A DNA stretch of 64,000 nt, taken from positions 46,195 through 110,194 of the forward strand of contig JADFDG010000011.1 of NCBI GenBank assembly GCA_018262975.1. Direction: 5' to 3'. Of the stretch, positions 42,042 through 50,152 are shown piece by piece (the first letter of the stretch is position 1; each line of letters starts with the position of its first letter). A program made the translations under genes and the position numbers. The notes beneath the pieces are model-generated. The model was given only the letters and a program-made list of their open reading frames with translations. It had not been told where the DNA came from and searched no databases. The DNA comes from Gammaproteobacteria bacterium (GTDB lineage: Bacteria > Pseudomonadota > Gammaproteobacteria > Pseudomonadales > JADFDG01).

Positions 42042-43568
42042 ATGACCGTCCGTACCCGCATTGCCCCGTCGCCCACCGGTGACCCGCACGTCGGCACCGC
42101 CTACGTCGCCCTGTTCAACCTCGCCTTCGCCCGTGCCCACGGCGGACAGTTCCTGCTGCGCATCGAGGACACCGACCTGGTGCGCTCCACGCCGGAATCC
42201 GAGCAGATGATCCTCGACTCGCTGCGCTGGCTGGGCCTCGAGTGGGACGAGGGCCCGGATGTCGGTGGCCCGCACGGTCCGTACCGGCAGAGCGAGCGCG
42301 GCGAGATCTACAAGCAGCACACGCAGGTGCTGCTCGACAAGGGGCATGCCTTCCGCTGCTTCTGCTCCAAGGAGCGCCTCGACACGCTGCGCGCCGAACA
42401 GATGGCGGCGCAGAAAACGCCCGGCTACGACGGTCACTGCGCTCACCTGTCCGCGGACGAGGTCGCCCGGCGCGTGGCCGCCGGCGAGCCGAGCGTCGTG
42501 CGCATGAAGGTGCCGCGCCCCGGCTGCCTGGAAGGCGAAGGTGCCATATGCGAGATCGACGACCTCTTGCGCGGCAAGATCGAGATTCCCTGGGAACAGG
42601 TGGACATGCAGGTGCTGATGAAGGCCGACGGCATGCCCACCTACCACCTCGCCAACGTGGTCGACGACCACCTGATGCAGATCACCCACGTGCTGCGCGG
42701 CGAGGAATGGATCAGCTCGGCGCCCAAGCACAAGTTGCTGTACCAGTATTTCGGCTGGGACATGCCGGTGCTGTGCCATCTGCCGCTGCTGCGCAACCCG
42801 GACAAGTCCAAGTTGAGCAAGCGCAAGAATCCCACCAGCATCAATTACTACCGGCGCATGGGTTTCCTGCCGGAAGCCATGCTCAACTACCTCGGCCGCA
42901 TGGGTTGGTCCATGCCGGACGAGCGCGAGAAGTTCAACTTCGCCGACATGGTGGCGAACTTCGACCTCATGCGCGTCTCGCTCGGCGGCCCGGTATTCGA
43001 CGTGGAAAAACTGCGCTGGCTGAACGGCCAGTGGATGCGCGAGCTGACGCCGGAGCAGTTCGTGTCGCGCCTGAAGGACTGGGCGTTCAACGAGGCGTAT
43101 TTCGCGCCGCTGGTATCGCACATCCAGGGCCGCACCGAGGTGTTGTCCGACGTCGCGCCGCTGGCGGCGTTCATGGTGTCCGGCCTGCCGAAACTCGAGC
43201 GCGGCCAGTTCGCGCACAAGTCGCTTGGCGAAGAGCAGGTCGTGAAGATCCTGCAGTTCGCCACCTGGCGTTTCGAGGGCATGCGCCGCTGGGGCAAGGA
43301 TGAATTGTCCGCGGAAGTGAATGCACTGGCTGCTGCCATGGGCCTGAAGATGCGCGATTTCCTGGCGCCCGTTTTCGTGGCGGTATCCGGGTCGGCCTCG
43401 TCGTTCTCGGTGCTCGACGCCATGGCGGTGCTGGGTTCCGATCTCACCCGGGCGCGGCTGCGCCATGCCGTGGAAATCCTCGGCGGGGTGTCCAAGAAAC
43501 AGGCCAAGGAATGGGAGAAGGAGTACCGGGGTCTGGGTGCGGATACGGAAAGTGAAACGGAGGGTTGA
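42042..43568 (+). CDS. gltX: Glutamate--tRNA ligase
   Basis: 508 aa from the ATG at 42042 ([21 protein letters not shown] = HIGH region). KLSKRK = KMSKS motif. The ORF-track N-terminal 397 aa is antisense to dusA and is rejected. Confidence 0.9.
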   Translation: MTVRTRIAPSPTGDPHVGTAYVALFNLAFARAHGGQFLLRIEDTDLVRSTPESEQMILDSLRWLGLEWDEGPDVGGPHGPYRQSERGEIYKQHTQVLLDKGHAFRCFCSKERLDTLRAEQMAAQKTPGYDGHCAHLSADEVARRVAAGEPSVVRMKVPRPGCLEGEGAICEIDDLLRGKIEIPWEQVDMQVLMKADGMPTYHLANVVDDHLMQITHVLRGEEWISSAPKHKLLYQYFGWDMPVLCHLPLLRNPDKSKLSKRKNPTSINYYRRMGFLPEAMLNYLGRMGWSMPDEREKFNFADMVANFDLMRVSLGGPVFDVEKLRWLNGQWMRELTPEQFVSRLKDWAFNEAYFAPLVSHIQGRTEVLSDVAPLAAFMVSGLPKLERGQFAHKSLGEEQVVKILQFATWRFEGMRRWGKDELSAEVNALAAAMGLKMRDFLAPVFVAVSGSASSFSVLDAMAVLGSDLTRARLRHAVEILGGVSKKQAKEWEKEYRGLGADTESETEG

Positions 43569-43610
43569 CAGCCCGCCGCGCACTTCCCATAATTCGCGCC
43601 CTCAGCACGT

Positions 43611-43686
43611 GGGGCTATAGCTCAGCTGGGAGAGCGCAACAATGGCATTGTTGAGGTCATCGGTTCGATCCCGATTAGCTCCACCA
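43611..43686 (+). tRNA. tRNA-Ala (anticodon GGC)
   Basis: Hand-folded cloverleaf: acceptor GGGGCTA/TAGCTCC with the G3:U70 Ala identity pair, D arm GCTC...GAGC, anticodon stem CAACA/TGTTG with loop A-T-GGC-A-T, T arm ATCGG-TTCGATC-CCGAT, encoded CCA. Confidence 0.9.
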
Positions 43687-43700
43687 CTCACGTAACGGAA

Positions 43701-43725
43701 AAGGCGCCTTCGGGCGCCTTTTTTC
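43701..43725 (+). terminator. Rho-independent terminator after tRNA-Ala
   Basis: AAGGCGCC-TTCG-GGCGCCTT followed by TTTTT. Confidence 0.75.
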
Positions 43726-43823
43726 GTTCTGGATCAAGGGTTTTCCATGTCTTTCAGGCGGTTGAGGATTCCGGTGGAACCCGACGGGACCCGTTGAGGT
43801 CCGGGGGTGCTGGGGGTTAGTTT

Positions 43824-43859
43824 GGGGGTAACGGGTTTTCTGCGAGCACTGTTACCCCC
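43824..43859 (+). promoter_or_regulatory. Perfect 9-bp inverted repeat abutting the integrase start codon
   Basis: GGGGGTAAC (43824-43832) ... GTTACCCCC (43851-43859) with an 18-nt spacer. The ATG follows at 43860. As RNA it would occlude the translation-initiation region. As DNA it could be a binding site. Confidence 0.35.
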
Positions 43860-45050
43860 ATGCCGCTATCTGACGCCGCTGTCCGCTCCGCCAAGCCAAA
43901 AGAGAAGCCGCAAAAACTCGCGGACGGTGGGGGGTTGTACCTCCTCATCACGCCTACCGGCAGCAAGTGGTGGCGGCTGAAGTACCGCTTCGACGGCAAG
44001 GAAAAGTCGCTGTCGCTTGGTGTGTATCCGGATACCGGACTCAAGGAAGCGCGCGAGAAAAGGGATGCGGCGCGCAAGCTTCTCGCGGCCGGTGTCGACC
44101 CGGGCGAGAACAGGAAGGCGGCGAGGGCCGCGCGCGCCCTGGAGGAAACAAACAGCTTTGAAGTCGTTGCCCGCGAATGGTTTGCCAAGCAGGAGTCCGT
44201 GTGGGCGGAGTCGCATAGCTCCAAGGTCATTCGGCGCCTGGAAGCCGATGTCTTCCCCTGGATTGGCAAGCGATCCATGGACAGCCTCACGGCGCCAGAC
44301 CTGTTGGCCGTCTTGCGGAAGGTCGAGGGCCGCGGCGCGGTAGACACCGCGCACCGCATCCTTCAGAACTTCGGTCAGGTCTTCCGCTATGCCGTCGCCA
44401 CGGGGCGGGCCACCAGCAATCCAGCGCCCAACCTCCGGGGCGCCTTGAAGGCCATCAAGCAATCCCACTTCGCTTCGCTCACCGACCCCAAGGATGTCGG
44501 CGCCTTGCTTCGGGCCATCGATGGTTACGAGGGGGCATACGCCACCAGGGCTGCCCTCCGGCTGGCGCCGCTGGTATTTGTCCGGCCGGGTGAATTGAGG
44601 GCGGCGGAATGGTCCGAGATCGACTTTGACCAGGCGGAATGGAACATCCCCGCCGCGCGGATGAAGCTCCGCATCCCGCACTTGGTGCCGCTCTCCCGGC
44701 AGGCCCTCGAGATCCTTCGGGACCTTCACAAGGTGACTGGAAAGGATCGCTACCTCTTTCCAAGTTCCCGGACGACGGATCGGCCGATGAGCAACAACGC
44801 AATCCTCGCCGCCCTGCGGCGCATGGGGTACGAGCAGGGCGAGATGACTGGGCACGGCTTTCGGGCCATGGCCCGGACGATCCTTGATGAGGTGCTCCAG
44901 GTACGACCTGACTACATCGAGCACCAGCTCGCGCACGCCGTCCGTGATCCCAACGGCCGGGCGTACAACCGGACCGCGCACAAGGCTGAACGGGCCAAGA
45001 TGATGCAGCGGTGGGCCGACTACCTGGATGGGCTGAGGGCTGATCGGTAA
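43860..45050 (+). CDS. int: Tyrosine-type site-specific integrase (P4/CP4-57-like, DUF4102 N-terminus)
   Basis: 396 aa. N-terminus LSDAAVRSAKPKEKPQKLADGGGLYLLITPTGSKWWRLKYRFDGKEKSLSLGVYP. Catalytic region ...HGFRAMARTIL...IEHQLAH...AYNR.... Adjacent to the tRNA. Confidence 0.92.
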   Translation: MPLSDAAVRSAKPKEKPQKLADGGGLYLLITPTGSKWWRLKYRFDGKEKSLSLGVYPDTGLKEAREKRDAARKLLAAGVDPGENRKAARAARALEETNSFEVVAREWFAKQESVWAESHSSKVIRRLEADVFPWIGKRSMDSLTAPDLLAVLRKVEGRGAVDTAHRILQNFGQVFRYAVATGRATSNPAPNLRGALKAIKQSHFASLTDPKDVGALLRAIDGYEGAYATRAALRLAPLVFVRPGELRAAEWSEIDFDQAEWNIPAARMKLRIPHLVPLSRQALEILRDLHKVTGKDRYLFPSSRTTDRPMSNNAILAALRRMGYEQGEMTGHGFRAMARTILDEVLQVRPDYIEHQLAHAVRDPNGRAYNRTAHKAERAKMMQRWADYLDGLRADR

Positions 45051-45637
45051 TCCGCGGGTGCCCACCGCCCGATGGTTCTAAGGAACCCCGGCAGGCGATG
45101 GCCTGTAACGGCCCCGGTTGGCGCTGCCCGGTGGTCAGGCGGCGCCCGTCAGATGAGTAAATTAGGTGGTAATTTTCAGTTAAAAGAAGATCATTACGTA
45201 TGAATAGATGAAGATTTATTCGTAAGTGATCGTGATATCAACGTTAAAGATGGTGATTTATCTAGAACATATGTTACTTATGCGTGGCATAGATAGGCGT
45301 TACTGTAGTAGATAAATGTATGATATACATGCGGTTGATGGTTAATATGGCTTCGCTGATCGGTATCCGGTGATCTGCGCTCGCAGGTGGTCGCCTGATA
45401 GCGTTGGTGAGCGAGCCACCGAGGCGCCATGTCGTGGGCCGCTCTTGGTTCACCGCGGCGCTCCCCGGGAAGGGCGCCAGGGGCTTGCTGGGTGGTGGGG
45501 GCGCAGTAAGGCGCCAGGGATGCGGCGGCCGGCTGAGTGGGCCAGCCGCCCCCAAGCGGAAACCGGGATGTTGGCTCGGGCGAGCGCCTTGGCACTTGGG
45601 GCGGACCCGGTCCAGATGTCTTCTAGGAGGGGCGGCG

Positions 45638-47065
45638 ATGGCGAGAGTTACTCGATTGGCCGGAAAGGAGAAGAAGCCCGGCGGCCGGCCCAAGCGAGGG
45701 ATCGCCGGCGCAGGGTCTGCCAGGCGGCAGGAGCCTTTCCGTAATCCCGCTGAACCCGCGCGCGTGGGTGGCGTCCGCGACCTCCTGCCGAACGATATTT
45801 ACGCCGCGTTAGAGGCGGACCAGGCAGCGCCTCCCTGGCCGCTTGGGGGAGACCGGTCTGCCGCCCTGCGGCCACCCAGGGTTGATATCCCTTTGGCACT
45901 CGCACGGGATATTCACTGCTTCATGATGCGAGCCCTCGGGTGTCGCGCGCCGGCCATCGCAACGAGTATTCCTGTGGCGTTCAAGCTGACGGCCCTTGGA
46001 AGGGACTTGGCTGGGTTGTTTGCCCAGATCAAGGCGGGGGTGCCGAGGGATTATTCTCACCACAGCGAGCATGTCCGGTTGTTTCTGGATGCCTACAAAC
46101 ACTTTGGGCTCGATGGCGGGGAGGGAGATCCGGACGCACTCGAGGGCGTCAACGCCGCACCAGATCCGCAGGTTCATCTACATGAGTACTTCTTGCGGTA
46201 TCTAAGGCAAAGGTCGAGGGAGCGAATTAAACCCAAGGAGTATCCGGTCACGCCGGATCAAAAGAAACACATTGAGGCAGCAAGGGCAAATCCTCTCCGG
46301 GCAAGGTATTGGGAGCAAAGGAAAAAGCGAAGGGCGCGCGCCTATAAAAGCAATCGAGCTGCCGCTGCTTTGATCGAGGATATTTTTCGAAGAGAAAAAT
46401 CCGTATACGTTGTAAGGCTTGATCTGGGAGTAATGCCCGATCTTTTTGAGGCCCTGAAGCTGAGCTATGTCACGGACGAGAAGACAATAAGAGCGAACAG
46501 GGAACTTACCGGCGACGCACTTTCGAAATCCATGCTTTCGCGTCCAGCAACCCCCGTGGAAGGGTTCAAGCAGCTGTTGAAGTCGCTGTTCAGATCGATC
46601 AACAAGGGCATTGGCCCTTTGCATGGCATAGTCGGACGATTTGCGCGGCTGATGTGGTCGCCCAGTAGGGGGCTTTATTGCCATCTGGTCCTTTTCTACA
46701 CGAAGCAGTCTGGCGGTGCCTGCAAGGATCTTGCGCAGAAGGTCGCTGATTACTGGGTGTTTTCTGCGACGAAGGGGGTTGGTGTTTACGCTGTCCCGGA
46801 TGAAGGTTCCAGCATTTACATCAGGAGCCCTGTGGGAAGTATCTCTGAGACTGATCTGTCAAAGAGGGAAGAACTGCTGTATTCGGCTAGCTACCTGAGT
46901 GCGATCGATGAATATTTTTCTCTTCCTTCGGATCTGGTTTGTTCCGGAGATGATGTTTTTTTCTACAGTGAGTTGCAAACGATCAAGCCGGTAGTTAGAC
47001 CTCATGAGAAGCGCAGACCGGGTAGGCCAAAAAAAGGTGAGCATTTCGACAGGAAAAACTCCTGA
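45638..47065 (+). CDS. Hypothetical protein with terminal AT-hook-like GRPK motifs and a YagK/YfjJ (inovirus Gp2)-like core
   Basis: 475 aa from the ATG at 45638 (AGGAGG SD 7 nt upstream). GGRPKRG near the N-terminus and RRPGRPKKG near the C-terminus. ...VYVVRLDLGV... and ...WSPSRGLYCHLVLFYTKQSGG... resemble the YagK/YfjJ pattern. The ORF-track N-terminal 78 aa is rejected. Confidence 0.45.
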   Translation: MARVTRLAGKEKKPGGRPKRGIAGAGSARRQEPFRNPAEPARVGGVRDLLPNDIYAALEADQAAPPWPLGGDRSAALRPPRVDIPLALARDIHCFMMRALGCRAPAIATSIPVAFKLTALGRDLAGLFAQIKAGVPRDYSHHSEHVRLFLDAYKHFGLDGGEGDPDALEGVNAAPDPQVHLHEYFLRYLRQRSRERIKPKEYPVTPDQKKHIEAARANPLRARYWEQRKKRRARAYKSNRAAAALIEDIFRREKSVYVVRLDLGVMPDLFEALKLSYVTDEKTIRANRELTGDALSKSMLSRPATPVEGFKQLLKSLFRSINKGIGPLHGIVGRFARLMWSPSRGLYCHLVLFYTKQSGGACKDLAQKVADYWVFSATKGVGVYAVPDEGSSIYIRSPVGSISETDLSKREELLYSASYLSAIDEYFSLPSDLVCSGDDVFFYSELQTIKPVVRPHEKRRPGRPKKGEHFDRKNS

Positions 47066-47290
47066 TCGATCATATATCTGCAGAGTTGTTTGTATGCCTA
47101 TTGGATCGCAAAGATCAGAGTTTTGTGCGTAAAGCGGCCGGAGATTGACGAGATCCTCTGTTGGTGTAGTTATGTAAATATATAGGTGCATCTAATATCC
47201 TTTCGACTAGAAAGGGTCGCATCAAATATACCCAGAGTAAAAAAATACTGTGATGGGTTTCCTGTGAGGTATTCACTGGAGATCCCACAA

Positions 47291-48037
47291 ATGCGAGTCA
47301 GACATCCAAACAACCGAAACCTTAGGCTGATGTATGGGTCGGAATGGCAGGGTCTGAGAGTAATCCAATATCCAAACGGCCTCATTGCGAACTACCTGGA
47401 GGACGTCAGTGAGTTGCTGGACGATACGGTCACGGATTACGCCAGATCGATCGTGCTTCGATTCGATCTGTGCATTCCGAATTTCCTGAGCCATGTGGAT
47501 TCCGCAGTAATCAGTCGATTTATCAGTGCAATGAAATCCAGACTCTCAGCAGATGCTGAGAAAAGGCGTCGATCTGGAGTCAGAATATATCCGTGCGAGC
47601 CCCGATTCGTTTGGGTCAAGGAGCAATGCCATTCGTCGGCCCCCCACTATCACGTCGCAATGACGTTGAACAATGACGCCTACTTCACGCTAGGGGCTAT
47701 CAGGCCTCGTTGGGAGGTGGAGTTGATGGCCAATGGAGATTATGGGGTAGAGCAGCGCCGCAATATGGTGGACAGGATCAGGGAGGCGTGGGCTTCAGCG
47801 CTTGGCGTTTCTTCTGCTGAGGCGGTTGGTTTGGTCCACATACCTGAAAACCCTGTTTATAAAATCGACCGGAACTCTCCGGAAGTGTTCGAGCAGTACG
47901 CGTGCGTCTTCTATCGACTTAGCTACTTCGCGAAGGCTGACACCAAACCGTATGGCGATGGCAGTCGCCACTTCGGGTGTAGTCGGCGCAGACTCGGTGG
48001 TTCCTTTTTGTGGGACTGCCCGCCAGATGAGGGATGA
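47291..48037 (+). CDS. YagK/YfjJ domain (inovirus Gp2 family) protein
   Basis: About 248 aa from the ATG at 47291 (GGAG upstream; the ORF-track GTG at 47186 is possible). ...SIVLRFDLCIPN..., ...RFVWVKEQCHSSAPHYHVAMTLNNDAYF..., ...IREAWASALG.... Confidence 0.55.
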   Translation: MRVRHPNNRNLRLMYGSEWQGLRVIQYPNGLIANYLEDVSELLDDTVTDYARSIVLRFDLCIPNFLSHVDSAVISRFISAMKSRLSADAEKRRRSGVRIYPCEPRFVWVKEQCHSSAPHYHVAMTLNNDAYFTLGAIRPRWEVELMANGDYGVEQRRNMVDRIREAWASALGVSSAEAVGLVHIPENPVYKIDRNSPEVFEQYACVFYRLSYFAKADTKPYGDGSRHFGCSRRRLGGSFLWDCPPDEG

Positions 48038-48121
48038 GGCCTTGCGTCTGGCTGGCTATTAATTGCCTGCAGATAGCGATGGGGCATCCTTGTTCGCCAG
48101 TGCGAACATGTGCGCAGATGT

Positions 48122-49453
48122 TCAGCGTTCGTCGCTGAGCCCCAGTTCTTCCCACATCCACCCGAAGTCATACGCAGGCATGCCGCGCTGCTGAGCGCCG
48201 TGTGTGGTGCTGCGCTCGAGGTCCTTGAGCCAGGCGATGGTGCGTTCGCGGCCGACCTTGGTCTTGATCGCCTGGGCCGGCGTTTTGTTGCCGAGCGCCG
48301 GGATCGGCATGCGCATGATTTCGCGGTAGTGGCGATCGAGGATGGCGAGGATCATGCCGTGCTGCTCATCCGGGGACGGCATCGCTGCCGGGGCAGCACC
48401 GCCACCGGGCACCGGCACGGCGTTGATGTCCATTTCCTCGTAGCTGGTCAGGGCAGGGCCGACCTTGTCACCCAAGGCCTGCTGCAGCATCAGCAAGCCG
48501 CGCTCCATGCGCTGGCGAGAGTTCGTCGTGAACACCAGGTGCTTGCGCTCGAGCACGGCATCGCCGAGCAGCGTTCCGGCCGGGCTCACCGATTTCGACT
48601 TGCGCCGTGACTTCGGCTTTTCTTCCGGTGCTTCACCGCTGGCGAGCCAGACCCAGCGCAAGTGATTGTCGGATGCTGACTCCCATCCGGGCAGGGTGTT
48701 CATGACGGCAGCGATTTCGTCGGCACGCGCCAGCAATGGCAGCCGGCTCTTGCTCAGGAGGAGTTCGTCGCCATCGCGATTGACGACCTGCGGGCGCGGC
48801 GCGAACTTGCCGGCGTACAGCCAGGCGATCCAGGCGGTGGTGCTCAGCGAGGGCATCGGGTCGGTACTGCTGTCTGCCTTGCACAGGCGGGCATAGGCCT
48901 TGAGCAGGCTCCTGGTTTCATCCGGGCGCACGGGCAGCACACCGCCGGCCAGCACATACTCCTCGTGCACGCGCAGTACCCGGGCGGAAATCACGTCCCA
49001 GCGCGACAGGTGCTGGCTGCCGGTTTTCTCGTGGACGAACACCGGCTCCTCGGTCTTGCCCTTGGTCACGTCCAGCGGGCGCAGGGTGAGGCCGATACCC
49101 GGCCGGACATCGGTGACCTCGTGCAGGCGAAGGCGGCTGTCGATGAGCGCCTCCAGGTACTTGCGGGCGTAGCCGTTTTCCCGCCAGCCGGCGCGCTGGA
49201 GGTAGTCGGCCGCCATGCAGAGGCCGTCGGCTCGCCGCCGGGTAGCGAAGTCCTCGAAGACGGTGGCGATGAATTCACCGGATTGGTCGCCGACGATGTC
49301 GCTGATCTCGGCAGGGTCAACGTCCAGGGCCTCGGCGGCATTTTCCACATGCTCCCTGATCACCTCCCCGAAGAGCGACTTCCACTCGGGCCGGGTGGCG
49401 TACTTCTGCATGTTGCTGATCAGGGAACCGGTCTTGCTCATGGCGGGGTGCAA
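48122..49453 (-). CDS. Hypothetical protein (443 aa), unknown function
   Basis: Long ORF with good coding composition. C-terminal ...IPALGNKTPAQAIKTKVGRERTIAWLKDLE...YDFGWMWEELGL resembles the LGGxTP...G...v..lL..lE tail seen in DUF2384/Xre-MbcA-ParS-type domains. That similarity is weak and by eye only. Confidence 0.5.
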   Translation of the reverse strand: MHPAMSKTGSLISNMQKYATRPEWKSLFGEVIREHVENAAEALDVDPAEISDIVGDQSGEFIATVFEDFATRRRADGLCMAADYLQRAGWRENGYARKYLEALIDSRLRLHEVTDVRPGIGLTLRPLDVTKGKTEEPVFVHEKTGSQHLSRWDVISARVLRVHEEYVLAGGVLPVRPDETRSLLKAYARLCKADSSTDPMPSLSTTAWIAWLYAGKFAPRPQVVNRDGDELLLSKSRLPLLARADEIAAVMNTLPGWESASDNHLRWVWLASGEAPEEKPKSRRKSKSVSPAGTLLGDAVLERKHLVFTTNSRQRMERGLLMLQQALGDKVGPALTSYEEMDINAVPVPGGGAAPAAMPSPDEQHGMILAILDRHYREIMRMPIPALGNKTPAQAIKTKVGRERTIAWLKDLERSTTHGAQQRGMPAYDFGWMWEELGLSDER

Positions 49454-49641
49454 GGGAAGTAGGCGGTGACGCGTATTTCACCAGAATCCGAGGGGGGAGG
49501 GTCAGATTTACCCCGGCGCCTGGGGGCAGTTCCGTGTCGGCGCCGGGGAGGGGTCAACGGTGGGGCGGAAGGAACTGATCCGCCGGCGTAGGTTTTCACG
49601 TCAGTCCGGATGCTGTGAGAAATCACCATCCGGAGTTCGAC

Positions 49642-50130
49642 ATGATTTGTCCTCGGTCCATTCAGCCGGGATGCCGGCATTGCCTCGCTGACTATGGTCG
49701 TCGCCCTGACGCAGGTTTGCCCGCGCTGCGCGCCAGGCTGGGCTATCCACCGTTAAGCCTCCTGCAGGCGCAGGCCCACATCGAGGCTTTCGTGGATCAG
49801 GTTGTGGATAGCAGGCGATTGGCCGTGAAGATACGTGAGCGAGTGACCGGCTATGGCCCCGGTTTGACCCGTCTTGGCCGACAGCTGATTCCCACGCTGC
49901 TGATGCTTGGCTACTTCGACTCCAGTCTGGCTTACCCGCCGAAGGTCTACGCCTTCCTCGAGGCGTGCTGGAGTCTCGAGGAGTTCTGCGGCGTCAGTTA
50001 CTCGGCGTTGGCAGCTGATCAGCTATGGTCCATGCATACCCATGCGGACGAGTTGAACGCTGTAGTCGACAAGATCCGGATGTTAGCTCGCCAAGGGTGG
50101 TTTCCTGGTGTGACGCATCAACCTTGGTAG
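49642..50130 (+). CDS. Hypothetical protein (162 aa)
   Basis: ATG at 49642 with GGAG 8 nt upstream (ORF-track GTG at 49615). No recognisable motif. Confidence 0.3.
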   Translation: MICPRSIQPGCRHCLADYGRRPDAGLPALRARLGYPPLSLLQAQAHIEAFVDQVVDSRRLAVKIRERVTGYGPGLTRLGRQLIPTLLMLGYFDSSLAYPPKVYAFLEACWSLEEFCGVSYSALAADQLWSMHTHADELNAVVDKIRMLARQGWFPGVTHQPW

Positions 50131-50152
50131 TCGCCGCCAGTTGGCGAGGCCG

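Noticed and set aside
43866-45065. 399-aa minus-strand ORF covering the integrase locus
   Set aside because: Antisense to an integrase with unmistakable family motifs. No motifs of its own.
45274-45693. Minus-strand ORFs (139 and 105 aa) and the plus-strand N-terminal extension 45404-45637 in the GC-rich patch upstream of the 475-aa gene
   Set aside because: Pro/Arg/Gly-rich low-complexity translations. A strong AGGAGG-ATG start at 45638 argues that the region upstream is non-coding leader or promoter.
48075-48100. Near-palindrome TGCGAACATGTGCGCA between convergent genes 47291-48037 and 48122-49453
   Set aside because: It is imperfect (A/G mismatch), short and has no U-run, which is not enough to call a terminator or binding site.
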